From: Synergistales bacterium
GTDB taxonomy: Bacteria > Synergistota > Synergistia > Synergistales > JAFGMB01
Assembly: GCA_963666205.1 (NCBI GenBank)
Contig: OY762654.1
Coordinates: 64,001-128,000 of the forward strand
Length of the DNA: 64,000 nucleotides
Direction of reading: 5' to 3'
Shown piece by piece: positions 40,810 through 49,642 of this stretch. Below the pieces are notes generated by a model that saw nothing but the letters and a program-made list of their open reading frames with translations, had not been told where the DNA came from and did not search any database. A program made the translations under genes and the position numbers. How positions within the stretch are numbered: position 1 is the first letter of the stretch; every line of letters begins with the position of its first letter.

Positions 40810-41667
40810 TCATGCATTATACTCTTCGATAATCTCCTGAAGAAATACAGGAAGGGTAAAACAGTGTCTATGTATAGCTTCTGAATAATATTTCAAGCCG
40901 GCAGGTGGAGTTCTCTGTGGGATTTGAGGGTCAATGCCCTTGCCTCCTATCGTGTATGTCCACATGCCAGTGGGGTAAGTAGGCATAGCTCCCCAACAAA
41001 GGTAAACATCTTTAAATGTTTTTTTCATTTCCAGATATGCCTGTTTCATCAATCTGGGTTCTGCAAAAGGTGATTCAGTCTGAGCAACAAGAAGACCCAT
41101 TTTTTTCAATGACTTGAAAACATCGGAATAGAAGCTTGACTGGAAAAGACCTGCCGCAAAATCTACTGGGTCAGTACTGTCTACTATAATTATGTCAAAC
41201 TGATTTTCATGATTGGTTATAAATTCCATGGCATCCATGGGCAAAATCTCTGCTTTTGGATGATTAAGGCCGCAACTGACATCGGGAAAGAAATCTCTTG
41301 AAGCCTGGATAACTTCCTTATCGATATCCACAAGGGTAACCTTGTCCAGGATATCGTATTTGACAATTTCCCTTAAGATTCCACCATCTCCACCACCTAC
41401 AATCAGTACTCTCGAGGGTTCTGGGTGAGAACACATTGCAACGTGAGCCATCATTTCGTGGTAGCAGAACTCATCTTTTTCAGTTATCTGAATTGCACCA
41501 TCAAGCACCATTATCCTGCCATATTCTTCAGTGTCTGCCACCATTATGTGTTGATATTCTGTATCTTTGTTCAGAAGGATGTCCGAGATCCTCAGATCAA
41601 GTTTCATGTTTTCTGTCTGGCATTCAGTAAACCAGAGATCCGTGATTCTTCTTCCAATTACTTCCAT
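40810..41667 (-). CDS. speE: Polyamine aminopropyltransferase (spermidine synthase)
   Basis: LDG.IQ.TE.DE..YHE, VGGGDGG, DSTDP and PTYP.G.W. Confidence 0.95.
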   Translation of the reverse strand: MEVIGRRITDLWFTECQTENMKLDLRISDILLNKDTEYQHIMVADTEEYGRIMVLDGAIQITEKDEFCYHEMMAHVAMCSHPEPSRVLIVGGGDGGILREIVKYDILDKVTLVDIDKEVIQASRDFFPDVSCGLNHPKAEILPMDAMEFITNHENQFDIIIVDSTDPVDFAAGLFQSSFYSDVFKSLKKMGLLVAQTESPFAEPRLMKQAYLEMKKTFKDVYLCWGAMPTYPTGMWTYTIGGKGIDPQIPQRTPPAGLKYYSEAIHRHCFTLPVFLQEIIEEYNA

Positions 41668-42149
41668 CGATATCCCCTACTTTCTGAAAATAAAAGACAG
41701 GTTGCTATAACAGAGCCACATAAGCTTACCCGATGTTCAATGCCTTTGATCCGGATGTCTTGAAGTTGGAGTCTGAGTTCAGTAAATCTATCCTGTATTA
41801 TTGACGCTACAATGACAGTAACTTCCTGAACGCTAGCGAGATCTGAATGACCTACGATGACTCCATTTTCCATGGGATCATATGGAATACCTACTCCTAT
41901 TACAGACGATATAAGCTGGCCGGGATGCTCACTTGTAAAAACACAAGATACGCCTGATACTATGGATCCCTTCGACAATAAACCAGGACGAGATGTATAT
42001 TTGCACTCGGGAGGCAACTCTCTTTGAACTTCAATATTATTTATATTGTTCAAGCCGGCATCGCAAAAAGCGGAATTCTTGGAGAGAACTTCATCTGAAC
42101 CCTCTCCTCTACCTGTTAACAAAGTATATTTTTCTGGAATCTGGATCAT
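41658..42149 (-). CDS. Pyruvoyl-dependent arginine decarboxylase homolog lacking the Ser-Ser cleavage site
   Basis: P..Y.L.TG.GEG, DAGL.N.N...LPP, GQLISS.IGVGIP.D and EHRV...GSVIA follow the family pattern; directly upstream of speE. Confidence 0.75.
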   Translation of the reverse strand: MIQIPEKYTLLTGRGEGSDEVLSKNSAFCDAGLNNINNIEVQRELPPECKYTSRPGLLSKGSIVSGVSCVFTSEHPGQLISSVIGVGIPYDPMENGVIVGHSDLASVQEVTVIVASIIQDRFTELRLQLQDIRIKGIEHRVSLCGSVIATCLLFSESRGYRWK

Positions 42150-42238
42150 CCTTGGAGTCCTCCCTTTGAAGCCTGTTAAAAAAAAACTTCAGAATAAACA
42201 GTAACTTCTTTCAGGAATCTTATTATCGGCATGAAAGA

Positions 42239-43294
42239 TCAGTGATCATTTTTATATTGTTGTAAAAGGAAGGAGATGGTATCTTTTATGTTATCAGAAC
42301 TACATTGTTCTATTATCTTTCCCTTTTCAAAAATAATAAACCCATGAGGAGTTCCTGCTATGCCTATGTCTGCATTCAGTGCTTCCCTGGGGCCATTGAC
42401 TTCACAGCCCATAACAGCAACTTTAAAACCATCCGGTAAATTATTGAACAATGGTTCCAGTTCATTTACTACCTTTTCCACATCTATTCGTTTTCGTCCA
42501 CAAGTAGGACAGGATATGATTTCCGGGCCCATATGCCTGAGACCGGTAGAACGAAGAATCTCGTAAGCAACGTCGACTTCCAGTTCGGGTTTTCCCGTAA
42601 GGCTAACTCTCATCGTATCGCCAATTCCCTGGGATAAAAGGATTGATAACCCAACTGCACTTTTGGTTATACCCCTGAAACCAGGTCCCGCTTCAGTTAT
42701 TCCAATATGGAAGGGAAATTCAGGGTACCTCTGGGAAAGAAGCACATTACTTTTCACAGTTTCCATAACATCGGTGGATTTTGCAGAAATAATGATTTCC
42801 TCAAAAGAATTATCTAGAAGAGATCTTATCTGCTCCTCGACTGCTATAAAAAGAGCTTTTCCAACATCCCCTTCTGCTTCCCTCAATTGGGATGTATTGA
42901 TAGAGCCGCTATTTGCTCCAATTCTTATGACTGTATGGTGATCCCGTGCGGAATCTATTACAGAACGGAGTCTAGAAACCGGACCCATATTCCCCGGGTT
43001 GATCCTTATAGCTTTGCATCCTGCTTCAATCGCTGCAAGTGCCAGTTTGTGATCAAAATGAATATCTGCCATTAAAGGTATAGGGGATCTTCTGACAATT
43101 TCTGAAAGATGGGTCTTAAGATCCATGGAGGGGAATGCGGCCCTGACAAGTTCACATTTTCTGCTACTAAGTTTATCAAGTTGATCCAGACACTGCTCTT
43201 TCATCGATATCGGGATCTTTAGCATGCTTTCTACCCTTACTGGTTGGTTTTTTCCTATTTTCAATCCTTGTATAGATACATTTCTGGTTAACAT
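42239..43294 (-). CDS. ispG: HMBPP synthase IspG
   Basis: ADIHF, RINPGN, RIGANSGS, HIGITEAG, CPTCGR and MGCEVNGP.E. Confidence 0.96.
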   Translation of the reverse strand: MLTRNVSIQGLKIGKNQPVRVESMLKIPISMKEQCLDQLDKLSSRKCELVRAAFPSMDLKTHLSEIVRRSPIPLMADIHFDHKLALAAIEAGCKAIRINPGNMGPVSRLRSVIDSARDHHTVIRIGANSGSINTSQLREAEGDVGKALFIAVEEQIRSLLDNSFEEIIISAKSTDVMETVKSNVLLSQRYPEFPFHIGITEAGPGFRGITKSAVGLSILLSQGIGDTMRVSLTGKPELEVDVAYEILRSTGLRHMGPEIISCPTCGRKRIDVEKVVNELEPLFNNLPDGFKVAVMGCEVNGPREALNADIGIAGTPHGFIIFEKGKIIEQCSSDNIKDTISFLLQQYKNDH

Positions 43295-43321
43295 GTTGTT
43301 TCACACCTTTTCGTAAATTGA

Positions 43322-44356
43322 TCAATTAAATAATCTGATCAGGTCTTTCCAGGTAATGAATATTACCAAAGCTATTAAAAGGAAAAAACCCGCAAGGTGA
43401 ATATAGTTCTCTATATGGTCGGGCACTTTTTTCCTTGTTAACATTTCTAAAAAAACAAAAACAAGTCTTCCTCCATCAAGGCCAGGAAATGGGAAAAGAT
43501 TTATCATACCCAGGTTCAGGTTTATTACTGCAAGGAATGAAATAAAGGACCATAAACCAGCTTTGGCTGCTTCTCCTGCCATTGATGCGATACCGACCGG
43601 ACCAGTAATATCTACTTGAGACCTATTAGTAAGGAGCTGGAATATCCCTCTTACCCAGTCGCTACTCATTCTGAGAATATAATTAAAAGCACTGGCAAAT
43701 GCCTCGATCGGACCAAAAGTTCGAAAAACAGGCCTGATTCCCAGTAGAGGAACACCAAATTCCGGGTCATCTGGAATAACCAGTGTAAAGGTAAGGGTTG
43801 TTTCCCCTCTCTTTAATGCTATGGTAACAGGACCTTTCTCCGCATTTGTTCTTATAGATTGTGACATTTCCTGCCATGAATGGACACTCACTCCATTGAC
43901 CTTCTCTATCATGTCTCCTGGGGTAATGCCTATTTGCTGGGCTGGATACCCATCCATTAGTTCTCCTATTCGAGTACTCTCCAGGTCCAGGATCCCATGA
44001 CCCCAGAGTAAAAGACCAGTTAGAACAATAGCAAGAACAATGTTCGCAAGGGCCCCATCAAAAAGAATCAGGAATCTCTGGATAGCAGTTTTGTCATTAA
44101 AAGCTCCTCCCGGATGGACCTTTTCTCCCGGTTTTTCTTCATCCATTCCTGCCAGCCGCACAAATCCACCTATAGGAAAGATTCTAATTGACCAAAGAGT
44201 ACCATCTTGTCCAGGTCTTTGCCAAAGAACAGGACCCATTCCGAAGGCAAATTCATGAACCTGTACTCCAGCTAATCTAGCTGTTTTATAATGACCATAT
44301 TCGTGAGATATTACACATATAGCAATAACGAGAAGAAACGATAGTAAACTGATCAT
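43322..44356 (-). CDS. rseP: RIP metalloprotease RseP (M50) with PDZ domain
   Basis: HEYGH, PIGGFVR, GPVGI and NLFPFPGLDGG. Confidence 0.93.
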   Translation of the reverse strand: MISLLSFLLVIAICVISHEYGHYKTARLAGVQVHEFAFGMGPVLWQRPGQDGTLWSIRIFPIGGFVRLAGMDEEKPGEKVHPGGAFNDKTAIQRFLILFDGALANIVLAIVLTGLLLWGHGILDLESTRIGELMDGYPAQQIGITPGDMIEKVNGVSVHSWQEMSQSIRTNAEKGPVTIALKRGETTLTFTLVIPDDPEFGVPLLGIRPVFRTFGPIEAFASAFNYILRMSSDWVRGIFQLLTNRSQVDITGPVGIASMAGEAAKAGLWSFISFLAVINLNLGMINLFPFPGLDGGRLVFVFLEMLTRKKVPDHIENYIHLAGFFLLIALVIFITWKDLIRLFN

Positions 44357-44384
44357 TTGAATACCTCTTAATAAGATTAAAGTT

Positions 44385-45548
44385 CTATTTGCATACCAAT
44401 CTGGCCTTATTGCGAGCCCATTCAAGAATGGAAATACTTTCTTCAAGATTCGCTGGATCTTTTCCGGAGTAGGATTCCAGAACTTTCCGTATAACTGTTG
44501 CTATTTGCATAAAAGAAATCTCTCCTCTGATAAATGATTCTACTGCTATCTCATCTGCACCAACAAGAAGGGCTGGATATGGACCTCCAATTACAGCTAC
44601 TTCCATGGCTAAGCCGAGGCATGGGAACCTGACAAGATCTGGTTCTTCAAAGCGGAGATTCAGTGGGGCCAAGTTGAATTCAGGTAATGAGATGCGAGAC
44701 ATGTCAAGTCTTTCAGGAAAAGCCATTGCCGCAGCAGCCGGAAGAGTCATATCGGGATAGGAAGCCATCAGCTTTACTGTAAGATCTGTAAACTCTACCA
44801 TTCCATGTACAAGTGAACCTGGATGGACAACAGCTTTCACCTTAGAGTGATGAAGTTCAAAAAGATTCATCGCTTCGATTAACTCAATCCCTTTATTCAT
44901 AAGAGTTGCACTATCAATCGTAATCTTTTGTCCCATTTTCCATACGGGATGCTTCCCTGCCATTGCAGGTGTTACTAATTCAAGTTCTTTAAGGGACATA
45001 TCTTTGAATGGCCCGCCCGAAGCTGTCAGAAGTATTCTTTTTATGGTTTTTGTTTCTTCTCCCCGAAGACACTGCCATATGGCATTATGTTCGCTATCCA
45101 GTGGCCTGAGCTGATCCCGTCTTCTTACTAATGGCATCACCCAGGGTCCTGCCACTACAATACTTTCCTTATTAGCAAGAGAAATATTCTTGTCTGCCAT
45201 CAGTGCTTTTTGAAGGGCAGAAATAGCCTGTGTTCCGGATGATGCGAAAATAATGTGATCGGAAGCACTTTCTGTAGCAAGTTCGTCAAGAGATTCCAGA
45301 CCAGCCATAACCTCGCATCTATCCCCAATGCGGGACCGTAATTCTGAAGCTGCAGAATAATCAGTCATAAGAACTTTTTTGGGTCGAAACTCAGTAATAA
45401 TAGGTAGCATGGTTTCTATATTCTTGTGAGCGCACAGGGAATGGATGGAGAACTTATCCGGGAAGTGACGACAGACCTTTAATACGGAAGATCCAACACT
45501 TCCGGTAGCGCCTATAAGGCATAATCTGGTTATGGAGGGACTAGTCAA
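44385..45548 (-). CDS. dxr: 1-deoxy-D-xylulose-5-phosphate reductoisomerase
   Basis: GATGSVG, LANKES, DSEH, TASGGPF, HPVW.MG and NKG.ELIE. Confidence 0.96.
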   Translation of the reverse strand: MTSPSITRLCLIGATGSVGSSVLKVCRHFPDKFSIHSLCAHKNIETMLPIITEFRPKKVLMTDYSAASELRSRIGDRCEVMAGLESLDELATESASDHIIFASSGTQAISALQKALMADKNISLANKESIVVAGPWVMPLVRRRDQLRPLDSEHNAIWQCLRGEETKTIKRILLTASGGPFKDMSLKELELVTPAMAGKHPVWKMGQKITIDSATLMNKGIELIEAMNLFELHHSKVKAVVHPGSLVHGMVEFTDLTVKLMASYPDMTLPAAAAMAFPERLDMSRISLPEFNLAPLNLRFEEPDLVRFPCLGLAMEVAVIGGPYPALLVGADEIAVESFIRGEISFMQIATVIRKVLESYSGKDPANLEESISILEWARNKARLVCK

Positions 45549-46366
45549 TGTATAATCACTCCAAAAATAAGATAAGTCAACGTTCCACTTACCAGAATAC
45601 TATCGAAGCGATCCAGAAATCCCCCATGACCTGGTATGAGAGTTCCTGAATCTTTAACACCAGCTTCCCGTTTAAGGATAGATTCCCCAAGATCTCCCAT
45701 TTGTCCTGCGATACCACAAATCAATCCGATCAGAAGATAAGGAACGGGGGGTAAATTGTAAACATAGGGAATAAATAAAGAACCGAGCAAAGAACCAGCG
45801 AGTCCTCCCCAGAATCCTTCCCAGCTTTTTTTAGGGCTTACTTCCTCACAGAGTGCATTTTTCCCCCATCTCGAGCCAATAATATAAGCAAAAACATCAC
45901 ATGACCAGGTACACATGAAAAGTGCAAGGAGAATATACATGCCGTAGGGTTTTGTTCTCATAAGATACATAAATGTCCATGGCAGAATAACATACACTAT
46001 ACCGGAAATAGTCCCCCCAAGATTCCAGAGGGCACTGCTAGTTCCTGTAAGCTCCTTTCTTAATATCTCTATGAGTATAACGGCAAAGGCGCTTATAGTT
46101 AGAAGAGGAGTTGAATAAACTTCAAACAATCCGGATCTAGCCAGAATAAAAATTAGAAGGGTGCTTAGAATTCCAACACCCTTGGAAACATGGGTTCTTT
46201 GTGACAAAAGATCATAAAATTCCCAAAGTGACAAAATGGAAATGAGAAATACCGATCCCAGCCATGGTAGTCCTCCAACAATAATGCCAAGTACAATAAG
46301 TAATACAATAAAAATTCCGCTGAAAACGCGTCTGGCTGGTTCTTGTTTAAACTGTGAAAGATCCAT
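45545..46366 (-). CDS. cdsA: Phosphatidate cytidylyltransferase
   Basis: Multi-TM; SPKKSWEG, GDL.ES..KR and KDSG.LIPGHGG.LDRFD. Confidence 0.95.
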   Translation of the reverse strand: MDLSQFKQEPARRVFSGIFIVLLIVLGIIVGGLPWLGSVFLISILSLWEFYDLLSQRTHVSKGVGILSTLLIFILARSGLFEVYSTPLLTISAFAVILIEILRKELTGTSSALWNLGGTISGIVYVILPWTFMYLMRTKPYGMYILLALFMCTWSCDVFAYIIGSRWGKNALCEEVSPKKSWEGFWGGLAGSLLGSLFIPYVYNLPPVPYLLIGLICGIAGQMGDLGESILKREAGVKDSGTLIPGHGGFLDRFDSILVSGTLTYLIFGVIIH

Positions 46367-47054
46367 AACGTCTTTCCCTGCCCTCATAAGATTTAATTGC
46401 TTCGATCAAGTTATTCCTGTTAAAATCAGGCCATAGTATATCTGTGAAAAAGAATTCACTATAACTTGACTGCCAAAGCCAGAAATTACTCAGTCTGAGT
46501 TCTCCGCTTGTCCGAATTATCAGATCCGGATCAGGAACGTCAGGCAGATAAAGATTCTCTTCAAGTAAAGACTCTGTGATAGGCCCAATATGGCCGGAGT
46601 GTATTGTCTTATTTATAGCGTCAATAATTTCCTGTCTTCCACCATAATTCAAACAAAAGATGAGCTGGAGGCCTGTACATTCAGATGTTACATCTTCTGC
46701 AGAATCCATTAATGATAGCACCTCATCTGAAAGGTCGGACCTTCTGCCGGCAAATCTGATTCGAACATTCTCCAGTTTCAATTGTTGGGCTTTTTTGAGA
46801 AGATAGTATTTCAGAAGTCCCATAAGGCCTTTAATTTCTTCCTTTGGTCTTTTCCAGTTTTCTGTCGAAAAGGCATATAAGGATAGATAACGGATGCCAA
46901 TCTCATTTGCTGCCTTGACAATTCTTTCCACTGTCTCAACACCAGCTCTATGTCCTGCAACACGTGGTAAAAACCGTTTTTTGGCCCATCTGCCGTTGCC
47001 ATCCATTACGATAGCAATATGTTCTGGCATAACAACTGATTTTGTCTTAATCAT
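46347..47054 (-). CDS. uppS: Undecaprenyl-diphosphate synthase
   Basis: HIAIVMDGNGRW, FSTENW.R, NYGGR and RTSGE.RLSNF. Confidence 0.97.
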   Translation of the reverse strand: MIKTKSVVMPEHIAIVMDGNGRWAKKRFLPRVAGHRAGVETVERIVKAANEIGIRYLSLYAFSTENWKRPKEEIKGLMGLLKYYLLKKAQQLKLENVRIRFAGRRSDLSDEVLSLMDSAEDVTSECTGLQLIFCLNYGGRQEIIDAINKTIHSGHIGPITESLLEENLYLPDVPDPDLIIRTSGELRLSNFWLWQSSYSEFFFTDILWPDFNRNNLIEAIKSYEGRERRYGSFTV

Positions 47055-47065
47055 ATCAGATCACC

Positions 47066-47692
47066 TCAAACAGATGCACTCTGCTCTAGTCTTTCTTTAA
47101 CTTCTTTGATATCTTGCCATGTCAGATCTTTAGGACTTCCGGGTTTTCTGGATTGATTTCTCAGAAGATAACTTGGGTGGAACATGGGCATTAGATCAAT
47201 TCCTCTCCAGGAAAACCACTTTCCCCTGATCTTGGAAATGCCTTCTGTTGATTTTAGAAACCATTTCGTCGGTGTGCTTCCAAGGCAGACAATGATCCTT
47301 GGATTGATAATTGCTATCTGTGCTTCAAGGTAACTGCTGCACGCCATCATCTCTTCTATCATAGGGACCCTGTTGTTGGGTGGGCGACACTTGACTACGT
47401 TGGTTATAAACACCTGGTCTCTCGAGATACCAGCAGCTTCAAGAATTCTGGTTAAGAGCTGGCCTGCTCTTCCTATAAAAGGAATACCCTCTCTGTCTTC
47501 ATCAGCCCCTGGCCCTTCCCCCACGAACATAAGGTCCGCATTCCATGGACCTTCACCAAAAACTGTACAGTTCCTATCTTTGTGAAGAGGACAAAGAACG
47601 CACTTCTTCACCTGATCCTGAATTGTTTCCCAGCACTTCCTTTTCTCCTCCGCCATTTTATCCTGGCCAGGGTTATAGATTATGCGGTTCAT
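47066..47692 (-). CDS. Uracil-DNA glycosylase family 4 (Fe-S)
   Basis: C..C.L, VGEGPG, PF.GRAG, NVVKCRPP.NR and FHPSYLLR. Confidence 0.93.
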   Translation of the reverse strand: MNRIIYNPGQDKMAEEKRKCWETIQDQVKKCVLCPLHKDRNCTVFGEGPWNADLMFVGEGPGADEDREGIPFIGRAGQLLTRILEAAGISRDQVFITNVVKCRPPNNRVPMIEEMMACSSYLEAQIAIINPRIIVCLGSTPTKWFLKSTEGISKIRGKWFSWRGIDLMPMFHPSYLLRNQSRKPGSPKDLTWQDIKEVKERLEQSASV

Positions 47693-48537
47693 TCAACGAA
47701 CACCTCTTTGATATTGACATCCACAGTTCTGACATCCATTCCGGTAAAATAACTTACTCCAGAAGCAGTTCTATTCTGTATTGACCTACTAAGTTCCAGA
47801 AGATTCTGTTTCCCCATATTAACATTGATATCTATAGATATGCTTAGCTGTTCGTCACTTGTCCGAATCCTTACTTCCATAACTTCCTTTACTTGTCTTG
47901 TTAATCTGATAATATATTCTACTATCTGGCTGATCGCAGCCATTTCAATGCAGAGATTTCCATAAAAACTGAATGGTGGTCTTACCACTGTTCTCTCGCC
48001 CTCATGCCTGTCCTTGGTTTTCCACAGTTCCCTAAGTCGGCCCACCAGCTTTCCCCCAAAGTTTTTCCTTATCTGAGCCTGGGAAACTGGAATAACATGA
48101 TGTCCTTTCTGTTGGCGTTCCAGTTTTGCCTGTCGGATTTCATCCTCAGTTGCTACATCTTCTATGTTTATAAACTCTGAAGGTTTTGGAAGTCTCAAAG
48201 TCTTTATGATCTTTTCAGCCATGGATTGAGATGTAGCGATTACCATCACCCTGCAGGGTGACTCATTAGCCAGGAATGCAATAACACTTTCTTTATGATC
48301 TGAAAACTGAAAAAGTGCTCTCCTTATGGCACTGATAAGGTTTTTTTCAGATTTGGCGCTTTTGCCTATCATAATCTTGCCACGAGAGACGACCAGCCCA
48401 TCATCTATAACATAATCCACTCTTCTTGTACGAGCAAGGAGCTGTGCTCTCCTGCTTTTTCCTGTGCCTGCAGGGCCAATAAAAGCAAGGACCTGAATCT
48501 GTTCAAGTTCCACTTTTGTTTTTTCAACTATGGCCAA
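47689..48537 (-). CDS. P-loop NTPase/kinase-like protein with C-terminal Asp23/Gls24-like domain
   Basis: Walker A GPAGTGKS, IDDGL, GHHVIPV and TVVRPPFS..G; C-terminal Q......V.YFTGM.V..VDVNI. Confidence 0.7.
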   Translation of the reverse strand: MAIVEKTKVELEQIQVLAFIGPAGTGKSRRAQLLARTRRVDYVIDDGLVVSRGKIMIGKSAKSEKNLISAIRRALFQFSDHKESVIAFLANESPCRVMVIATSQSMAEKIIKTLRLPKPSEFINIEDVATEDEIRQAKLERQQKGHHVIPVSQAQIRKNFGGKLVGRLRELWKTKDRHEGERTVVRPPFSFYGNLCIEMAAISQIVEYIIRLTRQVKEVMEVRIRTSDEQLSISIDINVNMGKQNLLELSRSIQNRTASGVSYFTGMDVRTVDVNIKEVFVE

Positions 48538-49642
48538 GGTAGTTCAACACCTTTCTCAAAACAGAAAGAAACTTTTCATTCTCTTCTGGTAAACCGACAG
48601 AAATTATCAAATATCCAGGAATAGAGTGTTTTTCCCCATTTGTTACAAGAATGCCTTCTTTTGCTATGCATTCCCAGACTTTATCTGCTTGTACCAAATG
48701 GATCACAATATTGGGTGTGCAATTCTTTATTACCTGCAATCCCATTTCTTTAAGCCTATATTGCATCTTAGTCTTTTCTAACGAGATATTTTTCTTGATT
48801 TTTGTGATTCTTGCCTTCTCAGTCCATTGATTCAAGGCTTGTTGTAATGCATAGGCAGAAGGTAATGAAATATTTCCTATTTTATTATATTCCCTGGATA
48901 ATGGAGCGGGTAAGATCGAATAGGCCATACTTAAACCTGAAGTAGAGTACAATTCGTGAAAAGATCGTATTAATGCTATTTTCCCATAGTTCTTGAACAG
49001 TTCTGTTCCCAGGGAATCTGTATCAGGTAAGTCAAGAATATTTTCTGTTTCATCAACAAGCAGCAGGGTCCGGTATTTATCCATCCGTGAAAGGAGGGAT
49101 ACAATCTCCCTTTCGGGTACCTGTATGCCCGAAAGGAAAAGGGGGTTCTGGAGTATCATGACCTTGGTCTGGGAATTACATGCTGATAAGAGAAGATCTT
49201 CCCTGGGCATAAGGTCACTGTCTGAAGGAACGGGTGTAAAACTTCCGCCGTATAATCTGATAAGGTCCTTATATAGTGAAGGTGCAGGCGATGATAAAAC
49301 GACTTCATCATCATCTTCAATGAGGCAGAAGAGCAGGTTCCTCAGAAGGTCAGGCACGTTGTTTCCAATGATTACCTCAGATACCGAAACACCATTTACC
49401 CTTGCGATTTCAGTTTTAAGATATTTAAGACTTGTTCTCATATATTTTCGGTAGTCATTGTTCTCGGAAAACGGGACAGTTTCTTTTTGAAAATTCTTTT
49501 CAAGCACAAACCATCTGCTGGAATTATATCTGAGATCGAGAAAAGAATTGTTCAGATATAGACTATTGTCCTGTTCTGGTTTGAAAGGCTCATATTCTCT
49601 TATGGAGTGTCTGACAAGGTCCATAAGCCATGTCAAGATCAA
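48524..49642 (-). CDS. HisC-like class I/II aminotransferase-fold protein lacking the PLP lysine
   Basis: Layout matches HisC (YEP, IIGN..DLL, P.P..Y, NP..SG, VDE, RSF, ISVG.PEEN..F) but the key motifs are altered. Confidence 0.72.
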   Translation of the reverse strand: MILTWLMDLVRHSIREYEPFKPEQDNSLYLNNSFLDLRYNSSRWFVLEKNFQKETVPFSENNDYRKYMRTSLKYLKTEIARVNGVSVSEVIIGNNVPDLLRNLLFCLIEDDDEVVLSSPAPSLYKDLIRLYGGSFTPVPSDSDLMPREDLLLSACNSQTKVMILQNPLFLSGIQVPEREIVSLLSRMDKYRTLLLVDETENILDLPDTDSLGTELFKNYGKIALIRSFHELYSTSGLSMAYSILPAPLSREYNKIGNISLPSAYALQQALNQWTEKARITKIKKNISLEKTKMQYRLKEMGLQVIKNCTPNIVIHLVQADKVWECIAKEGILVTNGEKHSIPGYLIISVGLPEENEKFLSVLRKVLNYLGHS

